Source: Candidatus Multivoradales bacterium
GTDB taxonomy: Bacteria > Acidobacteriota > Thermoanaerobaculia > Multivoradales > J023
Reading direction: 5' to 3'
Assembly (NCBI GenBank): GCA_965248925.1
Contig: CBDFLE010000006.1
Location: 3,328,001 to 3,392,000 of the forward strand
DNA: 64,000 nt
This document shows positions 58,740-64,000 of this stretch, in pieces. A program made the translations under genes and the position numbers. The notes beneath the pieces were generated by a model, which ran no database searches, was not told where the DNA came from, and saw only the letters and a list, made by a program, of their open reading frames with translations. Every line of letters starts with the position of its first letter. Positions within the stretch are counted from its first letter, which is position 1.

Positions 58740-59498
58740 TCACGCCCGCAGCCATAGCAAGACGGCGAAGATCAGCACCGTCACGGTGACGAAGCTCTGC
58801 ACCCAGCGGTGGCCTTTGAGCACCGTCAACCGGGCGCCGAGGGCGCCACCGACCATGGTGCCGGCGGCTAGCGCCAGGCCGTAGCTCCACCACACCTTGC
58901 CGTGGTAGGCGAAGACCGCCAGGGCGAGGCCGGTGAGACAGAGGATGGTGAGCACTTTGACCGCGTTGCCGCGCACCAAGTCGAGGCCGGCGGCGGTGGT
59001 GGCGGCGAGCACTAGAAACCCCACTCCGGCCTGGACGAAACCACCGTAAATGCCGACGGCGAAGAAACCAGCGGCAAGGGCCAACGGGTGCGCCGGGCCG
59101 GTCGCTGGTTGGCTGGGTGCCGATTGGCCGGGGCGTAGAGTCCATAGGGTGATGGCGACCATCAAGCCGGCCAGCAGGCGTTGGAAGGCGCGGTCGCTGA
59201 TCTCTAGCGCTGCCCAGCTGCCGAGGGCGGCGCCGAGGGTGGCGGGCAATGCCGCCCACAGCAGGGAGCGCAGATCGAGCAGGCCGTAGCGCTTAAAGCT
59301 GTGCACCGCCGAGACGTTCTGCAGCAAAATCCCCACCCGGTTGGTGCCGTTGGCGATACCGGGCGGCAGGCCGAGGAAGATCAGGGTCGGCAGGGTGATG
59401 AATGAGCCGCCGCCAGCGAGGACGTTGAGAGTGCCGCCGATCAAGCCGGCGCCGGCCAGGAGCACATAGCCGGTCCAATGACCGTCGAGAGCCTGCAT
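58740..59498 (-). CDS. Sulfite exporter TauE/SafE (TSUP) family permease
   Basis: AGGGSFITLP, ANGTNRVG, YGGFVQAGVG; multi-TM. Confidence 0.9.
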   Translation of the reverse strand: MQALDGHWTGYVLLAGAGLIGGTLNVLAGGGSFITLPTLIFLGLPPGIANGTNRVGILLQNVSAVHSFKRYGLLDLRSLLWAALPATLGAALGSWAALEISDRAFQRLLAGLMVAITLWTLRPGQSAPSQPATGPAHPLALAAGFFAVGIYGGFVQAGVGFLVLAATTAAGLDLVRGNAVKVLTILCLTGLALAVFAYHGKVWWSYGLALAAGTMVGGALGARLTVLKGHRWVQSFVTVTVLIFAVLLWLRA

Positions 59499-59740
59499 CT
59501 GCTACTAGCTTTCGCCGCTGGCCAGGCCGCCTTGTGAGGGCTGTCGGCTGGGCGGCGGGGGGGGATCTAGGCTCATCTGGGGACTCCTCAACGGGGTGGG
59601 CAAGGTAGGCCGAGCATAGCAGTCGCCGGGCCTAGCCCGGCCCGGCGCGTCTTGACATCCGCCGGACTCGCGGCCACCGTAGACCCCAGTGAGAGCACTG
59701 GCGCGGTCGCCAAGTCTCGATTTTCGGAGACTGGGAGTAG

Positions 59741-60607
59741 TTGATGAAGAAGCAAAGTAGGAAGAATTTCGGCAGACCAAATATTTCGCTAGCGGTTCGC
59801 TGCGCGGCTCTGCTGTTGCTGTTGCTGGCGCCGGTAGCTTTGGCGGCGCCGGCAGCCAAACTCTGGCCCCGCTGGGAGGTTCACAATGCGAGCGCCACGG
59901 CGACTCTCGATCACGGGCATTGGGCGAGTTTTCTCGCCAAGTACATCTCGGCCGGTGACGATGGCATTGGCCGCCTCGCCTACGGCAAGGTGACGCCGGC
60001 TGACCAGGCGTTGTTGGGCGCCTATCTGGTCCAGCTACAACGCACGGCGATCAGTGAGTCCTCCCGCGGCGAGCAGCTGGCTTATTGGATCAATCTCTAC
60101 AACGCCACCACCGTCAAGGTGATTCTTGATCACTATCCGGTGGACTCGATTACCGACATCGATATTTCTCCGGGCTTCTTCAGCAATGGCCCGTGGGATG
60201 CCAAGCTGGTGCAGGTCGAGGGCGAGGATCTCAGCCTGAACGATATCGAGCACCGCATCTTGCGGCCGATCTGGCGCGATCCGCGGATTCACTATTCGGT
60301 CAACTGCGCCAGCATGGGCTGTCCTGATCTACTCGACCAGCCCTACACCGGCGCCACCGCCCAGGCGCAGCTGGACGCCGCCGCGGGCCGCTTCGTCAAT
60401 CACCCTCGGGGTGCTCGTTTTGACGGCGACCGGCTGGTGGTGTCGAAGATCTACAGCTGGTACCAAGTCGATTTCGGCGACAGTGACGCGGGTGTGGTCG
60501 AGCATCTGCGGCTCTACGCCGAGGGCGAGTTGGCCAAGAGTCTGGCGAGCTGGAAGGGAAACTTGAGCAGCGACTACGATTGGCGCCTCAACCAGCCTGA
60601 CAAGTAG
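59741..60607 (+). CDS. DUF547 domain secreted protein
   Basis: AYWINLYNA, LSLNDIEH.ILR, DPRIHYSVNCASMGCP, YDWRLN. Confidence 0.92.
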   Translation: MMKKQSRKNFGRPNISLAVRCAALLLLLLAPVALAAPAAKLWPRWEVHNASATATLDHGHWASFLAKYISAGDDGIGRLAYGKVTPADQALLGAYLVQLQRTAISESSRGEQLAYWINLYNATTVKVILDHYPVDSITDIDISPGFFSNGPWDAKLVQVEGEDLSLNDIEHRILRPIWRDPRIHYSVNCASMGCPDLLDQPYTGATAQAQLDAAAGRFVNHPRGARFDGDRLVVSKIYSWYQVDFGDSDAGVVEHLRLYAEGELAKSLASWKGNLSSDYDWRLNQPDK

Positions 60608-60732
60608 CCTCCTCGCAACCCTCTTCTAGAGGTCGGCCGGCAGTCGCCCGAGGGCGTAACTTTCTCTCTGCTGGCGGGTAGGTTGCAGTAGAACCGTCTC
60701 AGGCTGCCAGCTTCACCAACTCAGGAGACTTC

Positions 60733-63168
60733 ATGGGCGATTTTGCGAGAGACCTTCGTCACGCTCTGCGGATTTTTCTAAGGCGCCCGACTTTTACTCT
60801 GGCGGCGCTACTCGCTCTCGGCCTTGGGGTGGGCGCCAACACTGCCATCTTCAGTGCCTTCGACGCGGTCCTGCTGACTCCGCCGGACTACCCCGAGCCC
60901 GAGCGGCTGGTGCGGTTGTGGGAAGTCAACCCAGCCAAAGGGCAGACCGCTAGCCCGATGTCGCCGGTGGCCTTTGCCGATATCTCGCAGCGCAGCAAGA
61001 GCTTTGCGGGCCTGGCCGGTTGGTGGTTTCCCGATCACAACCTGACCTCCGGGGAGGGCGATCCGGAGCGGGTGCGGGCGATCAACACCACGGATGCGTT
61101 CTTCGATGTGTTGGCTGTTCTGCCGCAGCTGGGCAGGGGTTTCGCGCCTGGCGAAGACGCTCGAGGTCGGCCCTTGATCGCGGTTCTCAGCCATCGGCTC
61201 TGGCAGCGTCGCTATGGTGGCCGTGGGGATATTCTCCAGCAGCAAGTCCGGCTCGACGGCCGGGACTATCAGATTGTCGGCGTCATGCCGCCGGGATTCG
61301 ACTTTCCGCGACAGACCGATGCCTGGTTGCCACTGGGCTGGAATCCTGCCAATCACAGCCGTTCCGCGCGCTTTTTCAATGTCGTTGGCCGGCTGGCGCC
61401 GGGGGTCAGTGTTGGTGCCGCCAAGGCTGAGGTAGCCGATATCGCGGCCTCCCTCGCTCGCGATTTTCCGGCTAGTAATGAAGGCTGGGAGGCGCGGCTC
61501 GAAACGGTCCCTGACGACCTGGTTGCAGAGGTCCGCGGGCCGTTGCGGCTGCTGCTCTGGGCAGTGTTCGTGGTGCTTCTGATCGCTTGTGTCAACGTTG
61601 CTAACCTGCTCCTCGCTCAGGCGGCATCGCGGCAACGGGAGGTAGCTCTGCGTGGTGCCTTGGGGGCCGGACGCTGGCGCTTGGTGCGCCAGTTTCTCAC
61701 TGAGAGTCTGGTTCTCGGTCTCGGCGGTGGACTGCTCGGCCTGGGATTGGCTTACGCTGGCATTCGCTTGCTGAGGGCGCTGGCGCCGAGCGGTACTCCG
61801 CGCATCGAAAGCCTGTCGATAGATTGGCGGATGCTGGGTTACACCTTGGTGGTGGCGCTGTTCAGCAGTCTGCTCTTCGGCCTGGTGCCGGCGTTTTTCG
61901 GTACTCGGGTGAAACTGGTGGATTCGCTCAAGGAGGGTGCCCGCAGCGTAGCCGGCGGCTCGCGACGCTGGTTGCGAGATGGCCTGGTGGTGCTGGAGGT
62001 GGGGTTGGCGGTGGTCTTGATGCTGGCGGCCGGATTGTTGGTGCGGAGCTTCTATCAAGTGCTGGCGGAGAGCCCCGGCTTCAGTCCCCAGAATCTGCTG
62101 TCGTTCAATGTTCAATTGCCGCGGTCGACCTATGAGGAGTGGTCGGCGGTGACTTCATTCTACGACCGCTTGGTCGAGCGCCTGGCAGGCAAGCCGCAAG
62201 TCGAAGGCTCGGCGGTGACTAGCTTTCTGCCCCTGGAAGCCGGTTGGCGGATCAATTTTCTGATCGATGGCCAAAGAGAGGAGAGCGATCGCGACCAGCC
62301 GGAGGCGCAATATCGACCGGTGTCGCCGGGCTATTTTCGGCTGCTCAGTATTGCCCTGCTCGAAGGGCGTGACTTCAGCAATCACGACGATGCCGATCAG
62401 CCCGGGGTAGTGATCCTCAACCGAGCCGCCGTCGACCGCTACTTCGCTGGCCAGAGTCCGCTGGGGGAGATACTCGGTGGCCAAACCCGTGCCATTGGGC
62501 CGCTGGGCCGGGTGCTCACCGAGGGGCTCGAAGTCGAGGTTGTGGGCGTGGTGGCCAATGTCAAGAACTCGGCTCTCGAAGCGGCGCCAGAGCCAGCGAT
62601 CTATTTTCCTCAGCGCCAGTTCGCCTACCGGGCAATGAATGTGATGGTGCGGGTGCGGGGAGATCTCAACACTGCACTTGCCGCCGTCCAAGCGGCGGTT
62701 TGGGAGCTTGATCGTCAGCTACCGTTGGCGGATCTGCGCACCCTCGAGCAGCGCCTCGATGCGGCGGTGGCCAAGCGCCGTTTCGTCATGCTGCTGCTCA
62801 GTGCCTTTGCCATCCTGGCCCTGTTGCTGGCGGCCATCGGAACCTACGGCGTGATGTCCTACATCGCCGGTCAGCGGCGTCGCGAAATGGGCATCCGCAT
62901 CGCCTTGGGCGCTCGACCCGGAGATGTCCTGCGCTTGCTGGTGAGCCGGGGGCTGTTGCTGGCGGTTCTCGGCGCGGTTCTCGGCCTGGTGGTTGCCTGG
63001 CCCTTGCGGGGTTATCTCAGCGAGCAGCTCTATGGCGTGGCGACCACTGACTGGCCGACTCTGGTGGGAGCCCTGAGCCTGCTGCTCTTGGCTGCCCTGC
63101 TGGCATCTTTCCCGCCGGCGCAGCGCGCCGCCCGGCGTGATCCGTCGGCGGCTCTGCGATTGGAGTGA
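60733..63168 (+). CDS. Duplicated orphan ABC permease (ADOP, MacB_PCD/FtsX x2)
   Basis: LGVGANTAIFS, LIACVNVANL, RQREVALRGALGAGR, RRREMGIRIALGA. Confidence 0.93.
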   Translation: MGDFARDLRHALRIFLRRPTFTLAALLALGLGVGANTAIFSAFDAVLLTPPDYPEPERLVRLWEVNPAKGQTASPMSPVAFADISQRSKSFAGLAGWWFPDHNLTSGEGDPERVRAINTTDAFFDVLAVLPQLGRGFAPGEDARGRPLIAVLSHRLWQRRYGGRGDILQQQVRLDGRDYQIVGVMPPGFDFPRQTDAWLPLGWNPANHSRSARFFNVVGRLAPGVSVGAAKAEVADIAASLARDFPASNEGWEARLETVPDDLVAEVRGPLRLLLWAVFVVLLIACVNVANLLLAQAASRQREVALRGALGAGRWRLVRQFLTESLVLGLGGGLLGLGLAYAGIRLLRALAPSGTPRIESLSIDWRMLGYTLVVALFSSLLFGLVPAFFGTRVKLVDSLKEGARSVAGGSRRWLRDGLVVLEVGLAVVLMLAAGLLVRSFYQVLAESPGFSPQNLLSFNVQLPRSTYEEWSAVTSFYDRLVERLAGKPQVEGSAVTSFLPLEAGWRINFLIDGQREESDRDQPEAQYRPVSPGYFRLLSIALLEGRDFSNHDDADQPGVVILNRAAVDRYFAGQSPLGEILGGQTRAIGPLGRVLTEGLEVEVVGVVANVKNSALEAAPEPAIYFPQRQFAYRAMNVMVRVRGDLNTALAAVQAAVWELDRQLPLADLRTLEQRLDAAVAKRRFVMLLLSAFAILALLLAAIGTYGVMSYIAGQRRREMGIRIALGARPGDVLRLLVSRGLLLAVLGAVLGLVVAWPLRGYLSEQLYGVATTDWPTLVGALSLLLLAALLASFPPAQRAARRDPSAALRLE

Positions 63169-63175
63169 CCCGCTG

Positions 63176-64000
63176 TCAGACCGGCCTGGTTCCGCCGCCG
63201 AATAGTTCTTGAAAACGCTCGCGGTTGGCGACTTGGTCGAAGGCTGTGAAGCGCTGGTGAAAACGCTCCCGCTCTTGCCGTTGCCGCTCGGCGAGGTACT
63301 TGAGCAGCCGGGCGACAACTTCTGCGGTGGCACTGCCGGCTGGGTGGCTGGCGGCGAGTTGGCTGCTGCAGCCGCGCAGGTGGTGCTGCTGAACCTCCAA
63401 GTCATTGAATTCGCCGAGTACTTCTTGCAGCTGTTTGAGTTCTCTGATCAGTGATCGCATCCCGGCTTCCGGGTACAGGCTGTAGAACAGTTCCAATAAG
63501 TAGCGCAGCTTCTTACCCTGGATGCGCAGCCGGTGCACGGCTTCGGGCGCGGTCCGTGGGTCGATCTTGCGCCCGCGCTGGGCGAGTCTGCGGTAGGTCT
63601 TCCAGATCTGTGCGCTGGCGACCTCCAGCACCGGTTGCCGGGCGTTTGGGGCCGCCGCTACCTCGCCTTCTGGCACCGGGTGGTCGAGAAACTCGCCCCA
63701 GGTTTGCACCAGATCGGTGTAGCGCTGGCTAGCAAGAGCCTGCGCCAGGATCTTCTGCTCGCCGACTTGGTGTCGCTTTAGTAGCTCGACCAGGGGTTCC
63801 AAAGCATGACCTTGAGCACCGTCGAGATGGGCGCTATGGCCCGGTAGCTGCAAGAGAAAGACATCGAGGTCGCGAGTCGGGCCGCTGATTCTGCCCAACC
63901 AAGCGAAGTCCTTCTTGAATCTCCCGGTCGCGGCCGGCGAGAAAACTCCCGGAACTTGACTCAACGCCGAGCGGGTGCGTCTGACGGCGACGCGGAAGTC
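63176..64000 (-). CDS. CHAD domain protein (3' part; runs off window end)
   Basis: DFRVAVRRTRS, RDLDV, VHRLRIQGKKLRY, LQEVLGEFND. Confidence 0.9.
   Translation of the reverse strand, partial: DFRVAVRRTRSALSQVPGVFSPAATGRFKKDFAWLGRISGPTRDLDVFLLQLPGHSAHLDGAQGHALEPLVELLKRHQVGEQKILAQALASQRYTDLVQTWGEFLDHPVPEGEVAAAPNARQPVLEVASAQIWKTYRRLAQRGRKIDPRTAPEAVHRLRIQGKKLRYLLELFYSLYPEAGMRSLIRELKQLQEVLGEFNDLEVQQHHLRGCSSQLAASHPAGSATAEVVARLLKYLAERQRQERERFHQRFTAFDQVANRERFQELFGGGTRPV

Noticed and set aside
60808-62115. 435-aa minus-strand ORF; likewise 28548-29705 and 8299-9315
   Set aside because: Overlap well-supported genes and carry no recognisable motifs.
1-64000. tRNA, rRNA, CRISPR arrays, integron attC arrays, retron or group II intron RT
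   Set aside because: None recognisable by eye; tRNAscan-SE and Infernal would be needed to exclude small RNAs formally.

Overview
GC-rich bacterial DNA. An Acidobacteriota origin is inferred from the duplicated orphan ABC permease and the many secreted proteins ending in an 'FxDGFESG' motif. The first ~11 kb holds respiratory and heme genes: coxA (partial), a cupredoxin-like protein, an incomplete alternative complex III set (actC-actD-actF), hemY/G and a radical SAM-SPASM protein. A CadC-like regulator and a PLA2-motif protein interrupt this cluster. The rest is accessory DNA: GPT-collagen, cadherin and FG-GAP surface proteins; a TMTC-like glycosyltransferase; an IS-disrupted N6-MTase plus nuclease; a frameshifted Ser/Thr kinase; an ECF sigma/anti-sigma/CHAT-protease operon; an IS3-disrupted 2OG-Fe(II) oxygenase; and a TerB-DUF2791-Lhr helicase operon. 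The most striking signal is a RAYT/TnpA-REP-like HUH transposase with at least 7 copies of an end motif TTGGG(G)TG^GCA. Short tandem duplications, two gene truncations and a 381-bp gene duplication begin at a GCA in this register, which suggests a site-specific nick-and-rejoin genome-remodelling system. All alignments were done by eye and no database searches were run.
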